Positions 50,125-64,000 of a DNA stretch of 64,000 bases are shown piece after piece. Within the stretch, counting starts at the first letter, position 1. Each line of letters starts with the position of its first letter. Below the pieces are notes generated by a model. It did not search any database. It had not been told where the DNA came from and worked only from the letters and a program-made list of their open reading frames with translations. The position numbers and the translations under genes are program-made. The stretch comes from Glaucostegus cemiculus (lineage: Eukaryota). The stretch is taken from the NCBI GenBank assembly GCA_976551045.1, contig CDPCPM010000160.1, positions 1,736,001 to 1,800,000 of the forward strand. The letters are read 5' to 3'.

Positions 50125-50789
50125 GTGACGTAGCCTGCCCGATGATGTGGCAGAAACGGAAACGAACCTTTGGAAAGCAAAGGTGCACCTGTTGTGTTAA
50201 TATAATATTTAAATCATGAAAAACATTTTGCGTTTATATAATTCCTATAATGTTCTAAATTATTCTCTCGTGCTACACGAGAGCCCTATAAAACAGAATT
50301 TGGAACCAGGATAATATGAGGCAGGTGGTCGATAGCTTGGGCCAAAGAGGGAGATTTGAATAGGAGAAAGATGGGGAGGGGGTAGAGATGGAGGTGAATG
50401 CGGACAGGATGACAAAAACAGGCAGTTGACTGCTGCTTCCAGTCATATTTAGAGTGACGTAGCCCGTCTAATGACGTGGCAGCAACGGAAACGAACCTTG
50501 GCATTCACTTTGGAAAGCAAAGGTGCACGTGATGTGTTAATATAATATTTAAAATATGAACAACTGGTTGCGTTTATATAGTTTCTATTATGTTCTAAAT
50601 TATTCGCAGGTGTCACACGAGAGCTTTATGAAACAGAATTTACAAACAGGGTAATATGAGGCAGGAGGTCGACAGCTTGGACAAAAGAGGGAGATTTGAA
50701 TGGGAGGAACATGGGAAGGGGTTGGTGATGGAGGGAGAGGGTGAATGCGGAAGGCATTACAAAAACAAGCAGTTGACTGCTGCTTCCAG
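50125..50789. repeat. Tandem duplication, 2 x ~330 bp
   Basis: gtgacgtagcc..ggaaacgaacc..ggaaagcaaaggtgcac at 50125 and 50455; both end gcagttgactgctgcttccag. Confidence 0.9.
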
Positions 50790-51479
50790 CACAAATTAAA
50801 AACCAGATACATGGGATGAAAGGAATAATCTCCGTTCGTGTGTTGGCGACTGAAGCTTTCAACCCCGATGTGAAACTTTCAGAACTCATCGCAATGCCCA
50901 AGTCTAGACTGGTGTGGGGATGGAAGGGGGAGGAATTCCTTGGATATACCTGGCTCCATCAGCGTCATGATCCATTTATGACTTTGCAACTGACTGTGCC
51001 CCGATATTGGTGAGGACAGACGGGTCGTTGGATCTGAAACCATCGAGAAAACAGGACAAAGAGTCCTCTCTGTGGAAAAAAATCACATCGGAGGTGTATG
51101 CTTAACGGTTTAGAAATAGAACGTTGTTGCTGCTCAGAGTGACCTTTGTGTCCGTGTATACAAATCAATGAAAGTTAACTTGCATGTTCTCCAAACAATT
51201 AAGATGTATACATTTAGACCAGCCTTAACTGATACAACACATAAATCCCCTGACCTTTATTGCAAAAGGGTCTGCGTATGAATGATGCCCTGTTCCAACT
51301 ATATCGAGCCCTGATGAGACAGCACTTGGGATACGGGTTTACCTACAAGTAGGGACGGGGTGTCAGAATACGAGATCACACTTTTAAGACTGAGGTGCTG
51401 AGTAATTTATCAGATGAATTCGACAATATTTACCATTAACATTAATAATGCCAGGGAGGGGTGAAGTCTCAGGTACTTT

Positions 51480-52235
51480 GATGTTTATCTTTGAAAAGAA
51501 AATAGTTGGAAGGCACGTTCACATCAGGAGACTGGTACCCAGCAACATATATCAATAGATTGATTGAGTGGACAAAACCCGGTGAAATGGCGTTTAATGT
51601 GGGGAAATGTGACGTCAAGCACTTCGGTGAGTGGAAACCAAGTGCAGACTATTAACTAAATGGAAAGAGATTGCAAATGAGTGATGTACGAGGGATCCCA
51701 ACGGTGCTTTGGCAGGAATCACAAGGAATTGGCAGGCAGCCGCAGCAAGTAGTTAAGGGGATAAATGGTTTATTGGAATTTCTTGCAGTGGGATTTCGAA
51801 ATAGGGAGGTTTGTTCCAGTTCTGCACGGTGTTGCTGAGGTCACATCTGGAATATTGTGCCAGTTTTGTTCCACTTACCGAAGAAGGAATACAATGGAGT
51901 TGAAGGGAGTCCGAAGGTGACTCCCAGCCCAATACCTGAGATGAGAGGGTTTTCCTTCTGGAGAGACTCAACAGGTTAGGTCTGTATTCCCTGGAATGTC
52001 AAAGACTACGGTTCTTCTCTGAGGGCAACTTCTCTCACCTAGGGAGCTGCAGATGTGGAAATATGGAGTTTATTCCAAAACACCATTCCCAGACAATGAA
52101 AATACAAGAGAATTGAGCAGTATGGCGAGAGGGCGGTAAATTGTGAGGCCAAGACTGTATCAGCCATGATCTTTTTGATCGGTGGAGTGGGCTTTTTAAT
52201 TGGTCGCATGCAGCCCCTGCATCGAGCTCTTGAAT
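51480..52235 (+). mobile_element. CR1 LINE 3' fragment
   Basis: tttaatgtggggaaatgtga (FNVGKC), gaggtcacatctggaatattgtg (RSHLEYC). Boundaries approximate. Confidence 0.7.
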
Positions 52236-52553
52236 AGTTCCTCGTATTTTCTCCTCGTTAACTAATTATTAGTGTGCAAACTCGGTGCACTATTTTGCGT
52301 GTGTTCAGTAAATCATTTCGGATGTTAGTTGCTTCATTTTGTTCAGCTGACTCGTTCAATTCCTCCTTTCCTGGCAGAAATCTCTCATCTTCTCAACCTG
52401 ACACAACACTCAAACTGTTACCACGCCTTGCATTCACAAATCACAAAGAAACAGAACCAAGATTCTCAAAACCAACTAATATATTGACTGTCTCTGTCAC
52501 GCTCCTTTGCATCATATAACACCAGTGATCGTTCCTCTCCTGTATTTTGACAG

Positions 52554-52829
52554 AAGCCATTTCTAAGCCCACCGTCTCGGCCAATAACACTCATCCCGTA
52601 GAGGACAACGACGCAGTTGCTCTAACGTGCGTTGCCACAGGGTCACCAACTTCATTTGAGTGGTTTCATCGAAATGAAACAATTCGCTCTGGTGATAGGA
52701 CTGCCCTGACTCAGGGCAATAAAACCCTCGTCATATCGGGAGTGTTGCGGACTGATGGAGAATTTGTGTGCCGTGCGTCTGATGGTAAAAATGAAAAGAC
52801 AAGTGACCCACATAATCTGAATGTTGTCT
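52554..52829 (+). CDS. Gene C, A1 IgC2 exon, intact 276 nt
   Basis: EAISKPTVSANNTHPVEDNDAVALTC..W..DGEFVC..SDPHNLNVV. PVED-DAVALTC and SDP-LNV are CEACAM A-domain motifs. Confidence 0.92.
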
Positions 52830-53460
52830 GTAAGTGTAAAAACAAAATCCGCAAGCGCTCGTTAATTATTACCAAACCTATGGACAGGACTGGGAGGGAA
52901 GTTCTGCACTTTCTGTATTTTTATCTGATTCAGATATCTGACACGAAATTTATAAAAACGTACATGGCGTCATGATGACATGTTAAACCGTGCACGTCTG
53001 AGCAATGTAGGTTTGGTAATACCTGGGGAAGCTGATCGATAGGAAGATGATCAAGGATTATGTTTCTCTGATTCCCTATCAATCACCTTGCCCAGGACAG
53101 AGTTTCCTCAGAAATGCCTTTCTGGGTACGTCAAACAAAGCTTTGGATCAACACCTACAAGGAATTAATGATTACATCCGGTTGCTGTTGAAACATACAA
53201 TTTTAACACGCAAAGTTTGCAGTGCAAAGTTTACAAAGAATCAAATTGGGAAAATGGGATTAATGTTGAAGCAAAGCTTTGTTTGCCATGAAATATTTAG
53301 GTTTTGGGTTCGTTGCAAATTTAGTTTAGTTCAATACTATGCGTGGCACAACTAGTAAATTGTATGAGTTGACTGGCTTAATGGGGCGAGGGTGGCTCGT
53401 AGTTCGGTCGCACTCCCTAGTGTTGCGTCATTTTTGAACCAAGCAATGCGTTTGTTTTAG

Positions 53461-53724
53461 ATGGACCGGAATCTCTAATCGTATCCATAAACCCAGAGCT
53501 TGCTTTATATCCTGCGGGATCAAATGTAACTTTTGCTTGTTCCGCTGTTTCAAACCCCGCTGCTCAGTTTGAGTGGAATCGCGATAATTCAACACTTCAG
53601 CAAAGCGGGGATCAGCTGATCATTGCAGACCTATCCTTGAATCACACTGGCAATTACACTTGCAAAGCTTTCAACTCGATAACACAGAAATCCAGTGTGA
53701 CAACAAGGCTCATTGTTGTTATAG
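53461..53724 (+). CDS. Gene C, B1 IgC2 exon, intact 264 nt (missed by ORF track)
   Basis: YGPESLIVSINP..GSNVTFACSAVSNPAAQFEW..HTGNYTCKAFNSIT; ttttag acceptor, gtcggt donor. Confidence 0.9.
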
Positions 53725-54339
53725 GTCGGTGAAGAAGAAGGTGAGGGCTCTCTCCTTTCTTGTGGTGGCTTTTGTTGTGTTAGCTACAGGATTAGCAGTA
53801 GATGTAGAGGAAATAGTGCGAAATTGCGCTTGTTTGCGTTATTGCTAAAATCTGCCTTTCTTGATTTTAAATTGTGATTTCAGTTGTGAAGTTTTAGTTC
53901 ATTTGCATTTATGTTGAATTTCTGCCTGTTATCTTTTTAAAACGTTGGACGTTTGTATCGGAGGCAACTGACCTTCGCGCCCAGTCCTGAAGTTAAGAAG
54001 CAACTTACGCAGTTAATTTTATGAATTTCTTTGTGGGGAAAATTGGATCTTAGCGCCAACGTTTGAGACAGAAGAGAGGCAGTGAATTTTTGCCAGGTTT
54101 GTGTCCAATTCTGAAAGGGCCACGGCTGGATCAGTGTTGACATTTATGGTCTCTGCACAACAGGAAGAATCTGACACCACTGGAGAAGATGCAAGAGGTC
54201 TGAGACAGCCGCAGTCTGGGGCAGATATTTATCGTTCCAAGAATATCGGGCTGAAGTTGCTTTCTTTGAAACAGCACAGTCCGTGCAGCTGCATCAAATT
54301 ATGTACCGAATGGTCGTTGACAAAATCGTGCCCCCTGTG

Positions 54340-55760
54340 GCCCTGATCCATGCAGCATCCTGTGAACCATTCCTGCACCCTCTGCAAAGCCTCCACATCC
54401 TCACTGCAACGGGGTGACCGGACAACGCACAATACTTGAAATGTGTTCCAACTAAAGTTTCACAAAACTCCAACATGTCTTCCGACTTTTATATTCAATG
54501 ACCCGACCAACGAAATCAAGCATTTCTTACGTCTTCTTTACCATCCTATCCACCTGCGTTTTCACTGTCAGGGAATTATGGCCTTACACCGCAATGTCCC
54601 TCTGCACGTCAATGCTTCTCATGGCCTTGTCATTCACTGTGTATTATCCCTTTATATTTGACCTCCCAAACTGCAACACCTCACACTCCACCGGATTAAA
54701 CTCCATCCGTTATTTATTTGCCCATATCTGTAAATGATCTATACTTGCCTTATTCTTGACAACCTTCTTCACAGTCCACAATTCGAGAATTTGTTTAGTC
54801 ACCGATCAGCCCATCTACTTTTTCGTCCAGGTCACTTGTACAACATGGGTTCCAATACTGATCCCTGCAGAAAACCACTGGTCACAAATCTCCAGACAGA
54901 ACAAAGCCCCTCCATCACTCTCCTCTGTCTTCTGTGGCCAAGCAAATTTTGAATCGATTCTACTAAACCCTGGCGGATTCCGTGAGCCTTAATCTTTTGG
55001 ATCGGCCTCTATTGTCAAATGCCTTACTGAAATCCATGCAGACATCACCCACTGCCCTACCCTCATGATGATCTTTGCGACCAGCTCAAAGAACTTAATC
55101 AACTTCGGAAGATAATGACCAGCCCTGCACAAAGCCTTGCTGACTGTCCCCAAACAACCAATGCTTATTCAAATGCCAGTGAATTTATGCCCGAAATACT
55201 TCTATAACTTCCGTCCCACTGATCCGAGGCTCACTGGTCTATCACTTTACCTACTGCCATTTTCAAACAAAAGAACAACTTTGACTACTCCCCAGCCATC
55301 TGGGACCTCGCTTGTGGTGAGAGGGGACACGAAAGTATATTTCAGCGGCCCAGCGGTCTCCTCCCTCGCCTCTCTCAATAACCTGGGATGGATCCCATCA
55401 GTACCTGGGGACATTCGCCTGGATGTTCTTCCAGAGACCCAACACCACCTCAGTGGTCACATGAACATGCCCTGGAAACCTCGCATACCCCTCTCTGATC
55501 TCACTGCCCTCCACGTCCTTCTCCTGATGCCAAGTGCTCATATAGTACCTTACACACTTCCTCTGGCTGCAGGCACTGAATCGTTTCTTTGTCCGTAAGT
55601 TCTCCTACACTCTCCTGGGCTACTTAATTCTTAATGCATGCCCAGAGGGACAAAGGATTTTCCTTAATTTCATTCTAAAAAGGATATTTCGTGATCAATT
55701 TTGGCCTAGTTCCCTGTTCGAGTTATTTCTTCCTTTCCTTTTATTCCTTAAGGGCCTTGT
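54340..55760 (-). mobile_element. CR1 LINE RT fragment
   Basis: Minus strand gagggtagggcagtgggtgatgtctgcatggatttcagtaaggcatttgacaa (EGRAV..MDFSKAFD); EDVEALQRVQ. Confidence 0.8.
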
Positions 55761-58029
55761 CTGATATCGGCGGCCTGTTGAATATTCCAGGCTACTTTAC
55801 GACAGTTAGGGCACCATGTCCAAGCAACAGTATTCAGTGTGCTACGCACACTGGTGAGGCAGCTTTGGTTTGACGTGTTACGAGCCACTCCACGCAGGCA
55901 GCGTCCACGGGACATTAGGGTGAGAGCGGCTGAATCGCGGTACGGCAGAAGGTGGTGAACGACGAGATCCAGAAAGCCGGTAGAAACTTGGCTCAGCATT
56001 CTTCATATTTAACTTAGAACAGTATTGCACAGGAATGAGCCCTTCCTGAAGTGCCCAACTAACGTACTCAGGAGAAGAAACGCTGCTTGTCAAAGGCAGT
56101 GAATCAGTTGTGGGATATCACAAAAGGATATCATCGGGGCCGAATTCCCAGATAACGACCATCAAAGGACTTTGCCTCGAAGAGACATTTCAAAATGAAA
56201 ATGGATGTTTTCAAATCAATGTCAATGTTAAGGAATTGCTATATGAAATAGTGATTGTAGCTGAAATCAGTTACCTGATAAAAATAAATGCTCTTTACAA
56301 TTTGGAATGCACAATTTCAGTTGGAGATGGGGATCACAGTTCTGTGGAGAACCCGTGGAATCGGATCCCAAGTGAATCCGACCACACAGCCCGCGTTAAT
56401 CCGAAGCCACTGCTGTATGCGACCGTGTTTCTGGTTTTCGACCGTGAGGTCGGATGCGTTCGCCACTAATCAGCGGGTTCCAGACTTCCGCGGCCCCCAA
56501 CGCGAAGTCACAACCGCCTGGAGCTGCGGTAAATACCTCGGCAAACCTCTGCTGCAAATCACCCCCACATGGGATGCACGCATCCGGTAAAGGTGATGCT
56601 ATCATCTGAGACACAGCCATGTTCAGAGTGCAATAGACATCTTATGTTACACAGCACCAGCTTTGAGCTCTCAGACCTTCAAAAGCTCAGGAAGCTCTGT
56701 GTTTCAAAATACCTGTTTCCGGCCTCTTATCCGTGTGCGCAGATTAGCAGTGACTTCCGCAGACACTACAAAAAGTCTCCGGCCACAGTGAACACAAACT
56801 GGTCGCTGGTAGATAAGGCGGAGGCGTGAGCGTGGCTGATGTTTGCCCATGACCAGTGCGTCTAGAGCCAGGGGCCGCAATAACAGGACGGAGATGAGGA
56901 AATATTTCATCAGGTCACAGTGAGGCACATTACGGGAGACAGGACCTTCAGCACACTGTTCCTTCCCTATCTTGGTCCTTCCCAAGAGATCTTGCTGGAA
57001 TTCTGGGGGTAAATGTGAAAGTCCGGACATGATCTGATGGGAAAGCAGGTTCTACGGGCCGAATAGCCTACACTAACTTCTATTTATTCTGTCGTAATCC
57101 TCCGTAAATCACCCCTCAACTCATTTGACATTTTGATCGCCATCCTGACCGGGCGAAATTCATTTAATTCCATCTCACGTCAAGTCCTCGGGATCACAAC
57201 CCCTGTCTCCCGATAATTAGTCATGGACATAAGTTAGAGAGGTTTCTCACAATCACTCTCACACCTCCTCTCGCATCTTTCCAACGCAAAGTAGGAAACA
57301 TAACCGATCAACCAAACGCTTTACTGCATTGTAATCATTTATGTTCACTTTCATTGCATTTACATATTGTTGTTTAATTGACTAGTTTCAGTTGGCCAGA
57401 AATAACTAGACTGGTATCAGCGGGACAACTTCTGGGACCCATATGGTTGGGATGGGAGATTGTCTTCCGAGAAGTGCCGATTGAATTTATCAGGTTAATA
57501 CATTGATTGCAGGGGTTCAATAGTCAGCAGAGTTTCCACACACCAGAACTGAATCTCGGGGGATGGAAGCTGATTCGTGTTTTGGTGTTCAAGGATTTAA
57601 ATGATCCCTGCTACTTGAGAGTCTGAGACTGGGAACGCTACTGCGCACACACGGGAGGGAAGGAACTGGGGTTTCTCGCAAGCAAAGTGCACTAAAACTG
57701 GGAAAGGTTGGAGATTGTACAAAATTGATGTTAAGATGCAGAGCGAGAAAAGGGATGGGAGATGAGAGGAAAGGGGAAGAGCTGCGCTGAGGAGTGCAGG
57801 GAAGAAAGACAGCGTCACAAATGGTGGAGGTGCAGTCGAAATGAAAGTTTCATCGTGCTTCCTTCTCCACCGCCGCTGACTGATCCGTTGAGTATTTTAT
57901 TCATTCTCTGGGTTCACCTCAGATTCCGCATCTCCAGTGTTTCTCTGTATATAAGATGTGTATTCTCTCGGGGATATAATTCTTGCACATTACGTTACAA
58001 GTAATTTACTATCTGCTGTGTTTTAACAG

Positions 58030-58294
58030 AACCTGTATCTAAGCCTGTTATCACGTCCAATGACACCAACCCCGTAGAATACAATGACACTGTTAGTTTG
58101 ACGTGCACCGCAGGAGGGACGGATGTTTCGTATCTGTGGTTTATGAACAATAAAACAGTTAGCGCTGGCGATAGGATAACCCTGAGTTCCAACAACAGCA
58201 CCTTGACTATCTCTGGGGTGCTGAGATCGGACGAGGAATTCACCTGCGTTGCGTACAACTTGGTGAATAGGAAGACAAGCGACCCACGTTCGCT
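58030..58294 (+). CDS. Gene C, A2 IgC2 exon with 11-nt 3' deletion (265 nt)
   Basis: EPVSKPVITSNDTNPVEYNDTVSLTC..EFTCVAYN..SDPRS then gtaagt. Out of phase; read-through gives L-TAA at 58296-58298. Confidence 0.85.
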
Positions 58295-60086
58295 GTAAGT
58301 GCCACTGTGGTGGTCCGTTTGATCTCATTGACGTTTAGCATTTCATTGTCCGATACAATAGATCATAACTCTGCGAGGTTGTACTGGATTTCACTGGCAT
58401 GAGGTTCGATTGAACAAAGTTAACCAATAATCCTATTGGTCGATGGGGAGCGGGGGTTTCTACCACCGTTCCTATTCAGAGTCAGTCTAAAATTTGTATC
58501 GATCAAATTCAACCTCACAACCCATTGCCCATGGATCCCAGTCCAGCTGAGCTTCTACCACTTTCTTTAACATCTCTGCATCTCCTTTCCCTGCCCCAGT
58601 TTGAAAGAGCCTAAGTCGGTGTGGAAACAATCTCTATTCCAGCCCTCAAGCCATCGCGCAACAGAAATACAATCTCTGCTCAATGGAAACTAGCGGAAAA
58701 CCCCCAAGTGCATTGTCAAACTAACCTATCAACGTAGCTGGCCAAATGTTGATGTGCTCAGAAATGATTTAAAGACAACTTCACCCTCGGGTAGCTATCA
58801 AACAACATACGCAGATGGCGTCGGTTATTGTTCCCTTGGAGTCCAATTGTTGCAATGATGCGGAGCATTCCTTCCTGGTACCGAGAACCAGGCGAATCTT
58901 CGCTCTCCAGATACTTTCCACCTCTGGGATCAGCCAAATAGTTTACCGTTTCGTTATTTGTGGTATTGAACTGGGGTTGGTGGATTTGAGGTTGAGGTTA
59001 AGAGGGGAAACTTGGGTCATGCTGACCCCTCAGAGGGTTTGAATTTCAAGGGTATGGATATGCATTGGGGAGCGATGCTCTGTAATACTGAGAATATCGC
59101 TTCACATATTTAGTTATGTATGAAATCATGTTCAAATTATTTTAGCTTCTACAATCTGATTATTTCTAAATTTTGATTAACGTCTGCCCTCTAAGTGACC
59201 CCCACCCCATCAACGTGGGCTACTCAGCTGGGTAGTTCCCGAGGAAAGAGGGGATCGACAAGGGTCTCTGGCATTGCCAGTGACGCCTGAATCCCTTGAT
59301 GACGTGTTGAAGAAATTTCCTCCTAGTAGTCTCTGATTGGAGACTTCAGCTGAGAGTCAAACTCGCTGATTGGTCTGGATTCACACCGAAGCCCAGACCG
59401 GGTAATGCAGCCGATTTCGTGCCCTGGAGGACAGGAGGAAACGAGTAATGATTTTGCCACAGCCCGGTAGCTTCCAGATTACCACTGATGAGCTTATTTC
59501 TGACTGCATCAAAAGATGTCTCAGGCCCGAATCTATCAGTGACATAGAGGTCCGTGTGGAACAAGTCAACTGATCACCTTACAACCCTCGGTATCTCGGG
59601 GAAATTCAGGAGATACCGCAAGAACGGGGTGACTGCTGTCCATTGTTATGCGCGACCCAGAAGATCCTACTTCTCTCTGGCGTATCAGGGGAGGTTGTAC
59701 CCAAAGAAAATGTTAGTCCTCCGTCCTTCCGCGCTGAGTCTCTCCAAACAGCCGATCTTCCACTATTATCCCACCTTCCCCTCCCCTATCAAAGTTGCAT
59801 TGTTCCCTGTTCTCAGTCAGATGCCACATCAGGAATAATGCCCAGATCACACTAAATTTGTCTGGTAGAGCGGTTGGCACCACCGTTTGTGCAGGTGACC
59901 ATCATCTGCTGGAAGGAGATTGTTTCCATACCGATTTCTTCTGAGGTGCGACTCGGTGGGAGCGGGTAGAATTAGTGTGGCAGTGGCTTCTCCCTATTCA
60001 GTCGGTGCAGTTGCCTAGTGACGGGCTGGAGATCTGCTTTAGAGTCCTGGATGAAATTCTGCAAACGGACTGTGCATTTGTTTTAG

Positions 60087-60350
60087 ATGGACCGGAAAAT
60101 CTAACCATTTCCATCAGCCCAGACCTTGCTGCGTACGGTACGGGGTCAAACGTGATTTTTTCCTGTTCGGCTGTTTCGAACCCCGCTCCTGCATTTCAGT
60201 GGTATTTCAATGGTTCATCTCTTCAAACAAGTGGACAGCGACTGAACCTTGTTGACTTATCCCTGAATGACACTGGCAATTACACATGTGAGGCGTTTAA
60301 CAATTTAACCAAAAGGTCAAGCTCAACAACACGAAACTTTATGGTTTTAG
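60087..60350 (+). CDS. Gene C, B2 IgC2 exon, intact 264 nt
   Basis: GPENLTISISP..FSCSAVSNPAPAFQW..DTGNYTCEAFNNLT; canonical splice sites. Confidence 0.92.
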
Positions 60351-62039
60351 GTATGTATTATGTCGATAGGTGGTGGAAGTTTCCGAGCTGTGTGTATAGA
60401 AACAGAGACGTTGCATTTGTTGTTCCACTATCAGCATCTGGTATGGTGTAGCCTGTTTTTGAGTGTGTTGTTAGTAAGGTATCAGTATGCACTCTTGGGC
60501 TTGTAGCGCGCGTTCATAAGATAATAGCAAATAGGTCGAGGTTTGGTATGTGAGATAACAACTTTAATTGGCTTATCAACATCGATACTAACACTGTACT
60601 TTGTTTCATTCACTGTAAACAAAAGTTATATTAATGGGTTTGGAAAGTCGTGTGTGCGTCAGCAATTCTTCTCTGTGCTAACCTCTGTTTATCCGTCATC
60701 ATTCTCAATGCCAAGTGCCCCTTGCCTGAATTTAATTGATCCGTACTTCCTTCTCCGTGTGGAACGCAAATTCCATCCCGTTGATATTGCACCGGGTTCG
60801 TTTTAATCTCTGGAAGGGGGAACGTCCCTTGTTTAGTGGATTACACAATGGAGTTTCAATGACCTGTTAGCTAAGTGCGATCAGGTCCTTTGACTGACAG
60901 TGGAAACTCTTCCTGTTAGTAGCGGTTCAATGACAAGGGCGCAGAACTGAATTCTGGACACGTTAGACAAACGAACCGGATGGGACAGTGGGTGGAGGGA
61001 GATGTGAAACACCTGAGTGTTGATCACCATAGCTCGCTATCGACACTGGTATTATGCTGAGGTTAGGGCTGAGCAGAAATAGTGTCGCCCAGGGCGCTCA
61101 CAATAAAGTTGACACCGTCTGGAGAAATAATCAGTTGAAGGGCCGGGGAGAGAGTGGGGAAGAGGATGACTCGCTCATTCCACTTGGGACTGACCACTGA
61201 ATTGTTACTGTTTTGTGAATCTGCACTTTCTCCTGATATCTTAACATCCGGAACTTCCTCGCTGAGTCCAGTCATCACTGACATCCCCTCATCCGCCTGT
61301 TCAAACTGAGGCGCTCACCGCAGTGAGGTCTGTCGGGTTTCGCAGGCGCTGGTGTGGCGATGCAGCGTCAAGCGCCACTTCTGGTCCCCGGGTCACCTCT
61401 CTGCCGACGTGCTGTAGGCGCCCTGCGCTGCCAACAACGCTGTCTTTATCCTCGGGACGATATCTGGGGTCTCTTCGGCCCCCTATTTCGTGTCCTGTCA
61501 TCCCGCCGAGTGGGCGGACAGATGGGGAGTGTACATTGGTGATTATTTTACTGGACAAATGAAGCCTGGGTTATTGACATATGCTAGTTGAAAGATTAGC
61601 ACTCAGTTAAGTAAACTAATCAGGAATTAACCCATCGCCGAGGAAGAAGCCACGAAATTACGGGATTCACAAGCCGAACAATGAGGAAATTCTGCTTTTC
61701 TTACCCAGTCTGTGCTACAGGTGACTCTAAACACACTGCTGACCCCAGTCTGCCTGCCAGCTTCTGGGGGCAGGTAGGCGTGGATAACAGGTGTCGGGAT
61801 AGTCAGTGAGGTTTTCAGAAAATGGATGAAGGACAGAACTGTCACTATCCAGCGCGGTACCTGAATCTCAACACTTACATCAACAAAGATTATCTCGAAT
61901 ATTTTCAATCTTTTCCGTTCTTAACAAAAGAATACCACGTGACTGCTCTGATACATTTTCATTGAAACCGAATCTCTTTCTCCCCCAGACTTTCTTTTTC
62001 ATTTCTTGCGCACTAACCAACACCGTGTGTTTTCAACAG

Positions 62040-62315
62040 AACCTCTTTCCGAACCCAATATTACGGCCAATGCCACCATACTCATAGAGTACAATGACAC
62101 CGTGAAACTAACATGCTTCGCAACAGGCACGGCGGTCTCTTATCTGTGGCTTGAAGACAATAGGATGATAGTTCCTGGACGCAGGTTTGAACTGGGTGCC
62201 GATAACAGCACACTCACTATTTCTGAAGTGTTACGAACAGATGGACCGTTCACCTGCATCGCATACAACTCGATTAGCGAAAAGTCAAGCGAGCCGTTTG
62301 ATCTCGATGTTTACT
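62040..62315 (+). CDS. Gene C, A3 IgC2 exon, intact 276 nt
   Basis: EPLSEPNITAN..LTC..W..DGPFTC..LDVY|gtaagt. Confidence 0.92.
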
Positions 62316-63893
62316 GTAAGTGTCCCAAGCGATCAGTAGTTGCACCGTTTATTACCAGTCCTGCTGGGCACCAGGTTCTGGGAGAGGGGTGTTGCACTTG
62401 GGGATGGTGGGACAGTGATGACCTCATTAGAGTAACACTCAGTGTACACGACAGTCAGATGACAGACGTGGCCGAATCTACCTCGGCAGCTGGGGAATTT
62501 AAATTCAAACCTGGAACTTCAAAATTTAAGACCAATGTCAGTAACGGTGACCAATAAACTACCGCATTGTGGGAAAAAATCTGGCTCACTAATGTACTTC
62601 AGGGGAAGGAAATGTTCCAGATAACACGGTCTGTTCTATATGTGACTCCAGACCCAACGATCAGGCTGACTCCTTACCGGCCGCTCAGTTCAGAGGCAAT
62701 TGGGGATGTATATTACACGTTGGCACTGCCAGTGACGGCCACCTCCTGTAAACCAATGAGATAAGAAATCTCCTGATGAGATTCCTGAACAATAAGGTCA
62801 GGCAGAGCCCCCGCCTGGTACACCAGGGACAATTTGTACCGCTATCATCGACCAGTAGGGCTTCACTTGTAATAAGTATAGAGCAGGACTTCTAATAACA
62901 TTCGCATTGAGATGCGTGGGCAACGTTGTGTCCCGTCTACTTTTCCATTTGTTCCCTGTTAATTTATGAGCTCCTTTCGACCCCATGCAATCAAATACAC
63001 TTTTATCGCTTCTAAAATCTGATTTTGCATGGATTCATTTTCAACTCTAAGATTGTGATCCTTCTGTGGAGCGATAAGTTCACGGATGCTTTTATAGATA
63101 AGGGGTTTGAGGGTAGTCATTGAAATTCTGGTCCAGTGCAGAATCAGCCAGGAACTCTGAAAATAATTCGACTCCCATGGAGTTGGGAACGATTTCAGGG
63201 CGAGAAAGTGCCAGAGCTAGTGGGGGACTGACACCCTCCTGACGGAGGTCCAGAGAATCCAGAAGGTAGAAAGAGCCAGAGATCCATCACTGTGGATGTG
63301 AGGGGGAAGTCACTGCCTCCCCGATAGATGGGGTGGCCACAATCCCCAGTGGGTTTAACCTGAGTGGTCTAAATTTACTTCCTAACATACACGCTGTTAC
63401 ACACTGGGTTTGGGACCGGGACTGAGACCCACCTTCGCAGTAGGACTCGAATATAAGAAATTGGAATTTGAAAGCATTTGCACGCCCACATCGCATTGGA
63501 TCTTATCATCATTTGTTACAGCTTTTCCTAAGCTCGTCCAAATTTTGAAGGGCTGAGTGGCCTCATCCTGATAAGGGATTTTCCACGATTCTGTTCACTA
63601 AACCACACAGTGGCCACCAACCCCAAAAAGTTACAAGGCGAGGTGTGCTGTGGAGCTCTGTATTCCAGATTACGGGGTGGAGACAGGTTTTGGGATGTGA
63701 GGCATCTGTTCAATTGCAGGGAAATATGACTTACTGCGTGTGGTTTATACACCAGTCCACTCTCCCGTGTGTAGGGAAGGTGTTCGTGTGCACTCTCTGT
63801 GGTGGTGGGCTGCTCTCCCTCTCCTGCTCTGCTTCGTTTCTGCTTTTGCTGTTCATGTAATTTACTGCCATCCGTTTTGTGCGTTTGTTTTAG

Positions 63894-64000
63894 ACGGACC
63901 GGATCGTCCAAATATCACAAATAACCCTGAGTCCTCTCCTTACCTGGCTGGAAGCACCGTCACTTTAACATGCTCCGCAGAGTCCAGGCCAGCCGCTAAC
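63894..64000 (+). CDS. Gene C, B3 IgC2 exon (cut by window end)
   Basis: ttttag|ACGGACCG; YGPDRPNITNNPESSPYLAGSTVTLTCSAESRPAAN, open frame. Confidence 0.88.

Noticed and set aside
1-64000. Prokaryotic systems (CRISPR arrays, operons, defence islands)
   Set aside because: The sequence is intron-rich vertebrate DNA with LINEs and SINEs. No short regularly spaced direct repeats with unique spacers were seen.

Overview
This is vertebrate genomic DNA, probably from a cartilaginous fish (inferred from the CR1/V-SINE/Penelope repeat content). The ORF track mostly shows exon fragments and repeat decay. Manual splicing reveals a cluster of three CEACAM-like immunoglobulin-superfamily genes. Gene A (+, 3' part, 266-15525) is a pseudogene. 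Gene B (-, 44064-21683) has a lesion in every Ig exon, but its leader, transmembrane and cytoplasmic exons are intact. Gene C (+, 47901 to beyond 64000) is mostly intact. The architecture is leader, Cys-less IgV-type N domain, alternating 276-nt A-type and 264-nt B-type IgC2 exons, a TM exon, and small cytoplasmic exons. In both A and B the cytoplasmic micro-exons, invisible in the ORF track, assemble a canonical ITAM (YMGL-x7-YSDL) plus a third Tyr motif, so these look like activating-type CEACAM receptors. A and B are tail-to-tail; B and C are head-to-head. An intron of B contains an unusual young Gypsy LTR element with a tRNA-Pro PBS and truncated gag. Its two ends are 189-bp inverted copies of the same LTR end, flanked by a clean 4-bp TSD. 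The rest is decayed CR1 LINEs, SINEs, Penelope-like pieces, local tandem duplications and microsatellites. Domain labels A1-B4 are my own numbering, and coordinates were counted by hand.
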